From positions 15,410 through 79,409 of the forward strand of contig CALRDV010000001.1 of NCBI GenBank assembly GCA_943355005.1: a stretch of DNA of 64,000 bases, given 5' to 3'. The position numbers and the translations under genes were made by a program. The DNA is from Patescibacteria group bacterium. Lineage in GTDB: Bacteria > Patescibacteriota > Microgenomatia > UBA1400 > MFAQ01. Shown here piece by piece: positions 18,763-27,875 of this stretch (the stretch's first letter is position 1; each line of letters begins with the position of its first letter). The notes below the pieces were generated by a model. The model was not told the origin of the DNA. It worked only from the letters and a program-made list of their open reading frames with translations, and did no database searches.

Positions 18763-19047
18763 CTACATAAATTCAGATAAATCATCCCATTCTGGATTCA
18801 TCTTTTCAATTGCATCTAGCTTCCATTTTCTCTTCCAATTCTTCAATTGTTTTTCTCTCGCAATTGCCTCCATTGCTGATTCATACTCCTCAAAATATAC
18901 CAAGTCGTGTACAGAATATCTTTTAGTAAAACCATCAACGATATCAGACTTATGTATGGAAATTCTAGTAGCTAAGTTATATGTAACTCCCACATAAAGT
19001 GTTCCATTTCTATGATTCGTCAATATGTATACAAAATATTTCTTCGT
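18763..19047 (-). CDS. Stand-alone GIY-YIG nuclease (~94 aa); apparent start is ACG, possibly inactivated
   Basis: (T)KKYFVYILTN..NGTLYVGVT.NLATRISIHK..FTKRY...LVYFEEY..AIAREKQLKNWKRKWK..IEKMNPEW.DL. Confidence 0.88.
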   Translation of the reverse strand, partial: TKKYFVYILTNHRNGTLYVGVTYNLATRISIHKSDIVDGFTKRYSVHDLVYFEEYESAMEAIAREKQLKNWKRKWKLDAIEKMNPEWDDLSEFM

Positions 19048-19068
19048 GTTTATATCTTATTATTTTTT

Positions 19069-19335
19069 CTGGATTCCGGGTCAAGCCCGGAATGACAATT
19101 AGAATTTGTTTGTTCAAAATATTACCCGTCATGCCGGACCTGATCCGGCATCCAGTAGTTTAAGTATTCAATACGAACTTACGTTTTCTGGATTCCGGGT
19201 CAAGCCCGGTATGACAATTAGAATTTGTTTGTTCAAAATATTACCCGTCATGCCGGACCTGATCCGGCATCCAGTAGGTTAAGTATTCAATACTAACTTA
19301 CGTTTTCTGGATTCCGGGTCAAGCCCGGAATGACA
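19069..19335. repeat. Tandem REPIN-like array of five alternating REPs, 119 bp period
   Basis: REPs at 19069(-), 19127(+), 19188(-), 19246(+), 19307(-) with near-identical spacers. Confidence 0.92.
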
Positions 19336-19367
19336 ATGAGCACATTAGATATATAATGAATTCACAT

Positions 19368-21518
19368 ATGGCTCGTAAAAAAGGTCGCCGCTCCAAACCA
19401 TACTCAGTAAGTCTTAAGAAAGACACAATCAATTCCATTCTGGCTGTCGTCCTCATGGGCATTGGTGGGCTCATTGCTATCTCTTTTTCTCAGCAAGGCG
19501 ACATCCTTATTAAGATAAACGAAATTGGCAGTCAGCTCATGGGCTGGCCGTTACTTTTTTTACCCTTCATCTTTATCGTAGGTGGCTTGATCATTACTCA
19601 TGTCAAACTTGCCATTGCCTCCACCAATGTCTTACTTGGCAGTGTTATCACAATGATTTCTCTAGAGGGTTTATTTGGCGCCGGCTCCATAGGGGCAGGG
19701 CTGAAAGATTCCCTCGTCTCTCTCGTTTCACTTCCGGGAGCCATCCTCTTTTATTTCATCGGTGTCGTCATTGGTTTGTTTGTCCTCTTTGAAACTTCCA
19801 TTGAAGATCTGCTGGTTCTGATCCAAAATCTTTTTGGAGGAATTACCGGTACTTTGGGTAAGATAAAAGGCTTTCCTCTTAAGGGTGGCGCTCCTTCGTT
19901 TCTCAATAAATCGACTGGAGGAGTCAAGATCACCGGTGGTGATCAGCTTCTTACTCCCGCTCCCCTGGCGACAGCTATGGCTGCTCCCGTAAAAATAATC
20001 AACAAAGAATTAAATTCGAACCGCAATGCTCAAACTGCTATGGAGACGAAGAAGCTTCCGGATGGTGCCACTTCCGGTATTTGGCATTTCCCTCCCGTCA
20101 GTTTGTTATCCGACCAGAAAATCGGCAAAGCCGATCGTGGTGATATCAAAAAGAATATTGAAGTTATCCAAAACACCTTGGGTTCATTTGGTATTCAGTG
20201 TAAGGTTACCGAAGTTCATCAAGGTCCTGCCGTTACACAATACGCCTTAGCCATTACTGCCGGTACCAAGCTTTCCAAAATCAGTGCTCTTCAATCAGAC
20301 TTGGCTCTGGCTCTCGCTGCTCCTCAAGGTCAAATTCGTATCGAAGCTCCTATCCCGGGTCGTGATCTTGTCGGTGTCGAAATTCCGAACCGTTCGCTGG
20401 AATTTGTTTCTCTTCGCGACATGCTTACCGACAAAGCCATGCAAGAAAGTCGCTCAAAGACAGCCATTTCTCTTGGTCTGGACGTTTCCGGTCAGCCCGT
20501 AATTGCAGATATCAACAAAATGCCTCACTTACTCATCGCCGGTACTACCGGTTCAGGAAAATCTGTTTTGATCAATGCAATTATTTCCTCCATTCTTTTT
20601 CGCGCTTCTCCGGAAGAAGTTAAATTTATCATGGTCGATCCAAAGCGTGTCGAACTCACTCCATACAACGATATTCCTCATTTATTGACTCCCGTCATTA
20701 CTGATGTAGGTAAAGTGGTCAATGCTTTGAAATGGGCCGCCGCCGAAATGGATCGCCGATATCGATTGTTCGAAGAAATGTCCGTCAAAAATATTGCCGG
20801 TTACAACGAGCTCAGCGGATTCCAAGCTATGCCATACATCATTATCATTGTGGATGAGATGGCGGACATCATGATGTCCAAGAATGCCGGCGAAGTAGAA
20901 GAAAATATTGTCCGCTTGGCTCAGATGGCTCGAGCCGTAGGTATACATCTTGTACTGGCTACCCAGAGGCCTTCAGTAAATGTCTTGACCGGTATTATCA
21001 AAGCCAATATCCCGGCCCGTATTTCTTTCCAGGTTACTTCGATGATTGATTCTCGCGTTATTATCGATACTCCGGGTGCAGAGAAACTTCTGGGAAAGGG
21101 AGACATGCTTTACATTCCTCCAGATACCGCCAAACCTAAACGTATTCAAGGTGCTTTTGTATCAGACAAAGAAATCAAAAATCTTATCGACTACATCCGA
21201 AGTTCGGGAGTTCAACCTCAGTTGGATGAATCCATTGTCAAAGATAAAGGTGGAAAACAGACTTTAAGCTCCGGGGGTACTAACATGGGACCCGTCGATG
21301 AAAAATTTGAAGAAGCCGCACACCTTTGTATTGCTGAAGGAAAAGGATCTGCTTCCCTGCTTCAGCGCCGTTTGGAAATCGGTTATGCTCGTGCAGCTCG
21401 CATACTAGATCAGTTGGAAGAGGCCGGTGTTCTTGCTCACGCCGAAGGGAATAAGCCTCGTGAAGTCGTTGTCGGAAGTTTGAGTGAAATCTTTCCGGAC
21501 GGCGAAGAAAATTCATAA
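19368..21518 (+). CDS. ftsK: DNA translocase FtsK/SpoIIIE
   Basis: N-terminal TMs, HLLIAGTTGSGKS, VDEMAD, LATQRPS, gamma domain LQRRLEIGYARAAR. Confidence 0.96.
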   Translation: MARKKGRRSKPYSVSLKKDTINSILAVVLMGIGGLIAISFSQQGDILIKINEIGSQLMGWPLLFLPFIFIVGGLIITHVKLAIASTNVLLGSVITMISLEGLFGAGSIGAGLKDSLVSLVSLPGAILFYFIGVVIGLFVLFETSIEDLLVLIQNLFGGITGTLGKIKGFPLKGGAPSFLNKSTGGVKITGGDQLLTPAPLATAMAAPVKIINKELNSNRNAQTAMETKKLPDGATSGIWHFPPVSLLSDQKIGKADRGDIKKNIEVIQNTLGSFGIQCKVTEVHQGPAVTQYALAITAGTKLSKISALQSDLALALAAPQGQIRIEAPIPGRDLVGVEIPNRSLEFVSLRDMLTDKAMQESRSKTAISLGLDVSGQPVIADINKMPHLLIAGTTGSGKSVLINAIISSILFRASPEEVKFIMVDPKRVELTPYNDIPHLLTPVITDVGKVVNALKWAAAEMDRRYRLFEEMSVKNIAGYNELSGFQAMPYIIIIVDEMADIMMSKNAGEVEENIVRLAQMARAVGIHLVLATQRPSVNVLTGIIKANIPARISFQVTSMIDSRVIIDTPGAEKLLGKGDMLYIPPDTAKPKRIQGAFVSDKEIKNLIDYIRSSGVQPQLDESIVKDKGGKQTLSSGGTNMGPVDEKFEEAAHLCIAEGKGSASLLQRRLEIGYARAARILDQLEEAGVLAHAEGNKPREVVVGSLSEIFPDGEENS

Positions 21519-21521
21519 GCC

Positions 21522-22139
21522 ATGAAGACCGTTGGTCAGATTATCAAAGGAGCCCGTCAAAAGAGAAGTCTTTCTGTAGACCAGCTATCATCTCTGACCA
21601 AAATTGATTCCAAATACATAGATGCTCTGGAGCTAGACCGTTACGACGATCTTCCATCGGAAACTTTTGCCAAAGGTTTTATTAGAAATCTGAGTCTTAG
21701 ACTAGACTTGAACCCAAATGAATTAATCGCCATATTCAGACGGGATTTTCGTCAGCCGGACCGAGCAGGTGTAAAAGTAATTCATCGAAAAACACTTTCC
21801 GGTATTCCTTCTCAGGTTCTTCCTTTTGTTATTGGAGGTCTGGTTTTTGTGATTTATCTAATTTTCCAATTCCGAGCCATTCTTACTCCACCAAAACTGG
21901 AAATCCTCAAACCATCAAGTGGCTCTGTCTTAGTTTCACCCATTGAGATCGAAGGAGATACCTCTATAGACGCCAATATTTTTATTGGCGAAGATACTCA
22001 AGTAAAGCCGGACACGGAAGGTCATTTCTTTGCCAGAATAAATCTGCCGGTAGGGGAGACAACTTTAGACATCAAAGCCACCAACCGTTTCTCTCGTACC
22101 ACCGAGAAAAAAATCTCCGTCACCATCATCTCTAAGTAA
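21522..22139 (+). CDS. RodZ-like HTH membrane protein
   Basis: N-terminal HTH, TM, Ig-like C-terminus; follows ftsK. Confidence 0.75.
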   Translation: MKTVGQIIKGARQKRSLSVDQLSSLTKIDSKYIDALELDRYDDLPSETFAKGFIRNLSLRLDLNPNELIAIFRRDFRQPDRAGVKVIHRKTLSGIPSQVLPFVIGGLVFVIYLIFQFRAILTPPKLEILKPSSGSVLVSPIEIEGDTSIDANIFIGEDTQVKPDTEGHFFARINLPVGETTLDIKATNRFSRTTEKKISVTIISK

Positions 22140-22157
22140 ATCTGCTATATTTACTTA

Positions 22158-22460
22158 ATGACCCTTCCTCAAATTATTTCCATGATTTCTACCATTCTTC
22201 TGACCTCAGTTGCTTTCATCATTGGAATCCAGCTAATTTACATTCTTAAAGAAATAAAATACTCCCTAACTAAAGTTAACCAAACCATCGACACCGTCTC
22301 CGACACTGTCGAGAAGATTTCCCAGCCTGCCATTGGCTTCTTCGCAATCCTAGAAGGATTTAAAGAGAGTGGCAAAATTATCGACGCCATTTCTGGATTA
22401 CTAGGCAAAGACAAACCAAAACCACCGGTCGATATCGACGCATATGACAACTCCATCTGA
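22158..22460 (+). CDS. DUF948/YoxC-like small membrane protein
   Basis: TM plus coiled coil, precedes YtxH-like gene. Confidence 0.5.
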   Translation: MTLPQIISMISTILLTSVAFIIGIQLIYILKEIKYSLTKVNQTIDTVSDTVEKISQPAIGFFAILEGFKESGKIIDAISGLLGKDKPKPPVDIDAYDNSI

Positions 22461-22836
22461 TAAACCAAAGCAAGACGGTTCTTTTTCTTCCTTTACTGTG
22501 GGAGTAGCTCTTGGTGTCATGGGAGCCTTACTCTTTGGCACTGAGGAGGGTCGCAGCATCGTCAAAAAAGTCATCAGCGCCGTACCGGAGAAGTATAAAC
22601 GCCCCATTCCCACTTCCCTTCGCAATTTAGTCAACCCTCCCACACCGTCATTGCGAGGTACTCCGTGGCAATCTAGCTTATCAACCACCCCCGTCATCCC
22701 CACAGAAGAAACTCAGCACCACACCACTTTCGCATACAGCAGTCCCTTTGGCGAAGCAATCGCTGGCGAAGCTCCGCCTCCTCCTGCTCCCCACGTCCGG
22801 CCCACCCTCTCCGAACCCTTCCACCCGAATTCCTAA
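22444..22836 (+). CDS. YtxH-like protein with palindrome-derived tail
   Basis: FTVGVALGVMGALLFGTEEGR YtxH-like signature. Confidence 0.6.
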   Translation: MTTPSDKPKQDGSFSSFTVGVALGVMGALLFGTEEGRSIVKKVISAVPEKYKRPIPTSLRNLVNPPTPSLRGTPWQSSLSTTPVIPTEETQHHTTFAYSSPFGEAIAGEAPPPPAPHVRPTLSEPFHPNS

Positions 22837-23070
22837 TAATCGTCATTCCGACCGAACGAAGTGAGTGGAGAAATCTCCCTCCACCCGTCATTGCGGGGTT
22901 TGGATATTTTTACGTTTAACGATTCATCCCTCGAGGATTAATTGTTAAACAAAGTTATAAAAAATATCCAAACATGCCGTAGCCAATTTCGTAACGAACT
23001 TGGCTAGGCCGGGTATACATCGGCCGTGGCAATCCAGGCAATCTGTCATTCCGGGCTTGACCCGGAATCC
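22646..23070 (+). repeat. Cluster of REP-like palindromes (22646, degenerate 22692, 22841, interrupted 22886-23035, 23044)
   Basis: (C/T)GTCAT heads with matching ..aatc tails. Confidence 0.85.
22896..23010. other. Two-hairpin structured element, copy 2, nested in a REP
   Basis: gtttggatattttt...aaaaatatccaaac then tgccg-tagccaa-tttcgtaacgaac-ttggcta-ggc. Confidence 0.65.
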
Positions 23071-23090
23071 ATCCCCGCATTCACGCCAAC

Positions 23091-23123
23091 AAAAAGTCCC
23101 GCCTCACGGCGGGACTGTTTTTT
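23091..23123. terminator. Bidirectional intrinsic terminator
   Basis: agtcccgcc-tcac-ggcgggact with A and T runs. Confidence 0.75.
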
Positions 23124-23578
23124 TATCTGACTTCCCAAATTTGACCTTCCGGCCAAACAATTTCGAAACCTTTCTTTTCTCTCACGACCCAGAAGGATCC
23201 TGCTTCCAGTTTGACGGAGATACCTTGTCCGGCACTCACTTTTCTGTTGATATTCTGATGCCGATCGTTGATTGAAAGTAATCTATCTGGGGTAATCTTA
23301 AGATCCACAATTCTGCCGTTTCTCCAGATTTCAAGCGGCATACTATCCAGATGGATCTTAATCCCTCTTGCTGGGTCATACCCGCTCCACCGTCTTCGCA
23401 GCGCCATGGAATTACTCGCGTGGACAGCAATGGCCATAGCAATAATTCCAAATAATACTACCGTTGTCCAATCCAGCCAGGCCAATGCCTTAACGGGCTG
23501 TAGCCACGCCATCAAAAAAGGAAAACCGGTTCCCAATACCAAAATCAAGGGGATCAGGATTTGTCGATATTTGCTCAT
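23123..23578 (-). CDS. Membrane hypothetical protein (accessory cassette)
   Basis: Two N-terminal TMs; GGAGG SD; TGaTATAAT upstream on minus strand. Confidence 0.65.
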   Translation of the reverse strand: MSKYRQILIPLILVLGTGFPFLMAWLQPVKALAWLDWTTVVLFGIIAMAIAVHASNSMALRRRWSGYDPARGIKIHLDSMPLEIWRNGRIVDLKITPDRLLSINDRHQNINRKVSAGQGISVKLEAGSFWVVREKKGFEIVWPEGQIWEVR

Positions 23579-23646
23579 TCTAGCCTCCAGTTCAAATTTG
23601 AATTTACCCCATAATTATATCACCCCGTGCCTGAAGGAATTTTTTT

Positions 23647-23844
23647 ATGAAACTAGTTGCTGGAACGTATGCCTTCGTCTTTATGATCGTTGTTTTGCTT
23701 GCCTTTGCTTTTGTTGTGCCATCCATAAAGGCTCAACAGATCGCAGGTTGCCAAACTTTGCAATCCGGGCTCAGCCAGTTTAACCCACAGCAAAACATGC
23801 AATATCCACCAATGACCGCACGACTCCGTATCCTTGCTATATAA
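23647..23844 (+). CDS. Possible small exported/membrane peptide
   Basis: 65 aa with hydrophobic N-terminus; AAGGA upstream. Confidence 0.35.
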   Translation: MKLVAGTYAFVFMIVVLLAFAFVVPSIKAQQIAGCQTLQSGLSQFNPQQNMQYPPMTARLRILAI

Positions 23845-23855
23845 TTTGACTGAAC

Positions 23856-25691
23856 ATGACCATCAACGAAATTAGACAAAAATATTTTGACTTTATGGTG
23901 GCGCGCGGCCATCAAATAATCCCCTCCAGCCCACTTGTGCCCGAAGGCGACGCCACTACTCTTTTTACTTCCGCTGGCATGCAGCCCATGATGCCGTATT
24001 TGTTGGGCCAAAAACACCCCCTAGGCACTCGTCTAGCCGATAGTCAAAAGTGTTTCCGTTCTCAAGATATAGAAGAAGTTGGGGACAACCGTCATACCAC
24101 TTTTTTTGAAATGCTGGGCAACTGGTCACTCGGTGATTATTTCAAGAAAGAACAGCTAGAATATTTCTTCCGTTTTCTGACGGACAAGAAAGACGGTCTC
24201 GGGCTCGACCCTAATCGCTTATCCGTTTCTGTTTTTGCCGGTGGCGATGGTGTAGACAAAGATGAAGAAGCTATCAGTATCTGGAAAAATCTCTTTGCTA
24301 AAACAGGCATCAATGCCAAAGAAGGTCACCAAATCTTCGCTTACCCAGCCAAGAAAAATTGGTGGTCTCGTTCCGGTACCCCGGACAAAATGCCCGTCGG
24401 TGAACCTGGTGGTCCGGACAGTGAAGTTTTTTTTGATTTTGGTGAAGACAGAAAACTACACGAAAACTCTCCTTTCAAAAATGAACCCTGCCACATCAAC
24501 TGTGACTGCGGTCGCTACCTTGAGATTGGGAACTCGGTCTTTATGCAATACGTCAAGCTAGCCGATGGAAGTCTAAAGGAATTACCCCAAAAGAATATTG
24601 ACTTCGGTGGTGGACTCGTCCGTCTCGCTGCTGCCGTAAACGACGATCCCGATATTTTTAAAACCGATATTTATTTCCCCGTCATCAACGAAATAGAAAA
24701 AATTTCCGGACACTCATATGAAATCGCCGATCACCAGCCTTCTATGCGAATCATCGCCGATCACTTAACCGCTGCTACTTTCTTGATTAAAGATAGTGTG
24801 TTCCCCAGCAACAAAGCTCAGGGCTACGTCCTCCGCCGCCTTCTTCGTCGAGCCGCCGTCAAGCTGCACTTCCTCATGGGCAGTCGCGAAGGTATTACTC
24901 AGCTGGCCGGCATCACCACTTCGATTGTCGATATTTATAAATCCATTTATTTTGCCGGTGACGACACTATCTATGTTCAAAGTGCCATTGCTCAAGAAAT
25001 TGGAAAATTTGAAAAATCTCTGGATAAAGGTATCAAAGAACTGGAAAAGAAAGCCGACGTTTCCGGTAAAGACGCTTTTGATCTTTATCAAAACCACGGT
25101 TTTCCTTTGGAAATCACTATCGAGATTTTGGCTCAGCTCGGTAAACAAGTTGATATTCAGGAGTTTCAGAAAGAATTTGAAAAACATCAGAATGTCAGTC
25201 GCACTTCATCCACCGGCATGTTCAAAGGTGGCTTAGCTGATCAATCTGTAATTGTGACGGCTTATCACACGGCCACTCATTTACTTCACGCCGCTCTTCG
25301 GCAGATTTTAGGAAATCATGTTTCTCAAAAAGGCAGCAATATCACCTCACTCCGACTTCGCTTTGATTTCTCTCATCCGGAAAAAATCTCTGACGAGAAG
25401 ATAGAGGAAATCCAAAGTTTAATCAACGAAAAAATTTCCGAAAAATTAAAAGTTACCAAAGAAGAACTACCGAAGGAAAAAGCTTTGGAGCAGGGAGCTC
25501 TCGCTTTCTTTGGTCAGAAATATCCCGATGTTGTTACGGTTTATACCGTTGGAGACCCCAAAAATTACTTTTCCAAAGAACTTTGCGGTGGTCCACATGT
25601 GGAAAGTTTGTCAGAACTTGCTAAGATAAAGATAGTCAAACAGGAAACTCTCGGCTCAGGCGTGCGCCGTCTTTATTTACAATTTGTTTGA
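23856..25691 (+). CDS. alaS: Alanyl-tRNA synthetase (short, no C-Ala domain)
   Basis: TLFTSAGMQP, HTTFFEMLGNWS, editing HTATH and ELCGGPH. Confidence 0.96.
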   Translation: MTINEIRQKYFDFMVARGHQIIPSSPLVPEGDATTLFTSAGMQPMMPYLLGQKHPLGTRLADSQKCFRSQDIEEVGDNRHTTFFEMLGNWSLGDYFKKEQLEYFFRFLTDKKDGLGLDPNRLSVSVFAGGDGVDKDEEAISIWKNLFAKTGINAKEGHQIFAYPAKKNWWSRSGTPDKMPVGEPGGPDSEVFFDFGEDRKLHENSPFKNEPCHINCDCGRYLEIGNSVFMQYVKLADGSLKELPQKNIDFGGGLVRLAAAVNDDPDIFKTDIYFPVINEIEKISGHSYEIADHQPSMRIIADHLTAATFLIKDSVFPSNKAQGYVLRRLLRRAAVKLHFLMGSREGITQLAGITTSIVDIYKSIYFAGDDTIYVQSAIAQEIGKFEKSLDKGIKELEKKADVSGKDAFDLYQNHGFPLEITIEILAQLGKQVDIQEFQKEFEKHQNVSRTSSTGMFKGGLADQSVIVTAYHTATHLLHAALRQILGNHVSQKGSNITSLRLRFDFSHPEKISDEKIEEIQSLINEKISEKLKVTKEELPKEKALEQGALAFFGQKYPDVVTVYTVGDPKNYFSKELCGGPHVESLSELAKIKIVKQETLGSGVRRLYLQFV

Positions 25692-25703
25692 CATGCTTAT
25701 CGT

Positions 25704-27875
25704 GTGAACTTAGTAAATTTATTTGGAAATAAAAACAAAACTCCTGAGCCGGAATATTTTCTGGCTCTAGAGATACATGAATCTCTGATTAAGTCCGCCT
25801 TGTGGGAAATTCTCGAAGGTCAGCCCGAGGTGGTAAATGTCGGCTCCTACGAATCGTGGACGGATGAAGAGTCTCTCATCAACGGTGTAGATTCCTCACT
25901 GGACCAAGCCATCAAAGTCATCAAGAGTCAGCCCAAGCGAATTATCTTTGGTCTTCCCGATTCGTGGATGGAGGCAGACAAAATTCATCAAACAAAAACC
26001 AAACTCATCACCCACCTCTGCAAAGAGCTTGGCTTAGATCCCATTGGCGTCGTCACTACCAATCGCGCCGTTGCTCACTATCTAAAAAAGAGAGAAGGCA
26101 TGCCTCCTACAGTTATTCTTCTTGAGGTTTATACCTCCAAGGTTGCTGTCTCTTATGTTTATCTTGGTGAAGTAAAAAATACCGAAGAAGTCGCTCGCTC
26201 GGGAGACTTGGCTCACGATGTCGAAGAAGGTCTCACTCGGATGGACTTACCCAATTATCCCGCCCGTTTTATTCTTACGAATGGCAACAGTCTGGAAGAA
26301 GAATCTCAGCAAATTACCGCTTTTCCTTGGACAGAACGTTTACCGTTTAAACACATCCCCAAAGTCGAAGTTCTTCCAATAGATTTTTCCATTAAATCCA
26401 TCGCTCTCACCGGTGGTGTTGAAGCTGTCCAATTCTTGGGTGTTCCGGTAGTAGACGATGATGTTCCTGTCGCCAGACCCCTGGCCACTGATGATTCAAA
26501 TTTAGTTGTTCCTGTCGAAGCTCCATCTACTATTGAAGAGCTTGGATTTTCTTATGAAGAGACCGACGCCCCCAGGGATATTCCTGCTGCCACACCGATA
26601 GAGGAAGTGCTGGAAGAAAGTAATTTTGAAACAGTAGATAATACCGAGCCGGAATTCGCTTTTTCTGACGATGTTGTCGAGACCGCCCCGAAACCCAAAA
26701 TTGCCATCAAGCTTCCACCTATTCCAAAATTTTCTTTTCCAAAGTTACCCAAATTTCAAGTTTCTTGGCTGGCATTACTAATCCTTCCTGTTTTGTTAGG
26801 TGCAGGATTTGCTACATATTTATTTTTTGGCCAAGCCATGGTTACTATTCATTTTCTTCCTCAGAAAATTAGTAGCCAGATTGGAATTGCCATTGCCGAG
26901 ACTCCCCAGGCCGGCATTCCTACTTTAATCGCTACCAAGAAAACTTTCTCCGGGACAGCCAATGAATCTGTTTCTACCACCGGTACCGCCACCGTAGGTG
27001 ACAAGGCTACGGGTACTATTACGATAGCCAACAAATCCATCGCCCCCATTATTCTAAAGGCGGGAGCTACGATAACCAACGATACAGGAAAATATATTTA
27101 TACCCTCATCAATCCCGTTACTGTTGCTTCAGCCAGCTCCGACCCCATCGATCCTGTCTCCGGCAAAGCCACTGGTGTGCAAGTGACGGCTGTCAAAATT
27201 GGTGCCGAATACAATCTGACAAAGAGCACAATTTTTTCTGTCGACAATTTTTCCAAATCAATCGCCGCCGCCATCGCCGAAACAGACTTTACGGGTGGCA
27301 CTTCTCGCACTGTTAACGCTGTATCCAAGTCAGACCAAGATAAAGTTCTTGGGGTGGCAACGGACAAAATCAAATCACAAGTGAAGACGGATTCTGAAGC
27401 TCAAACCCCGGGTTACATCACTCTACCGCTATCCGATATTCAGTTCACCAAAAAAACTTTCGATCACAACTTAAATGAAGAGGCCACTACTGTTGGTTTA
27501 AATCTAGAAGGCTCCCTCGATGCCTTGGTTTATTCGGAAGACAGTTTGTATACCTTGGTCGCAGAGCAAATCAAAGACCAAATTCCCACAGGCTCCTACA
27601 CTACCAAAGAATCCACTACCATTACTGTCGAGAATCCCACCAAAGCAAACGGACAATATCAGGCTAAGATTACGATTGCCGCTTCCTTATTCCCAAAGAT
27701 AGACGAGGTAAAACTAGCCGGATACATCAAAGGCAAACAAACAAGTAAAGTTAGGCACTTTTTTGAACCCATTGGTGGCTTCCAGTCAGCCGATATTAAG
27801 ATTTATCCACCCATTCCTTTGATTACACAAATTCTCCCCTTGAACAATATTAATTTCGAACTCGTCAGTAATTAA
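25704..27875 (+). CDS. Large membrane protein: degenerate FtsA/actin-like N-terminus, TM, baseplate-J-like extracellular domain
   Basis: 723 aa; central TM; ATGTITIAN, AVKIGAEYN, FTGG motifs. Confidence 0.5.
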   Translation: MNLVNLFGNKNKTPEPEYFLALEIHESLIKSALWEILEGQPEVVNVGSYESWTDEESLINGVDSSLDQAIKVIKSQPKRIIFGLPDSWMEADKIHQTKTKLITHLCKELGLDPIGVVTTNRAVAHYLKKREGMPPTVILLEVYTSKVAVSYVYLGEVKNTEEVARSGDLAHDVEEGLTRMDLPNYPARFILTNGNSLEEESQQITAFPWTERLPFKHIPKVEVLPIDFSIKSIALTGGVEAVQFLGVPVVDDDVPVARPLATDDSNLVVPVEAPSTIEELGFSYEETDAPRDIPAATPIEEVLEESNFETVDNTEPEFAFSDDVVETAPKPKIAIKLPPIPKFSFPKLPKFQVSWLALLILPVLLGAGFATYLFFGQAMVTIHFLPQKISSQIGIAIAETPQAGIPTLIATKKTFSGTANESVSTTGTATVGDKATGTITIANKSIAPIILKAGATITNDTGKYIYTLINPVTVASASSDPIDPVSGKATGVQVTAVKIGAEYNLTKSTIFSVDNFSKSIAAAIAETDFTGGTSRTVNAVSKSDQDKVLGVATDKIKSQVKTDSEAQTPGYITLPLSDIQFTKKTFDHNLNEEATTVGLNLEGSLDALVYSEDSLYTLVAEQIKDQIPTGSYTTKESTTITVENPTKANGQYQAKITIAASLFPKIDEVKLAGYIKGKQTSKVRHFFEPIGGFQSADIKIYPPIPLITQILPLNNINFELVSN

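Noticed and set aside
19069-19335. CRISPR array
   Set aside because: Repeats alternate in orientation, spacers are themselves repeated, and no cas genes are present; it is a REPIN-like tandem.
25704-27875. Phage or contractile system from the baseplate-J-like domain
   Set aside because: Single membrane-anchored gene in a housekeeping alaS-ruvX context with no other structural genes.
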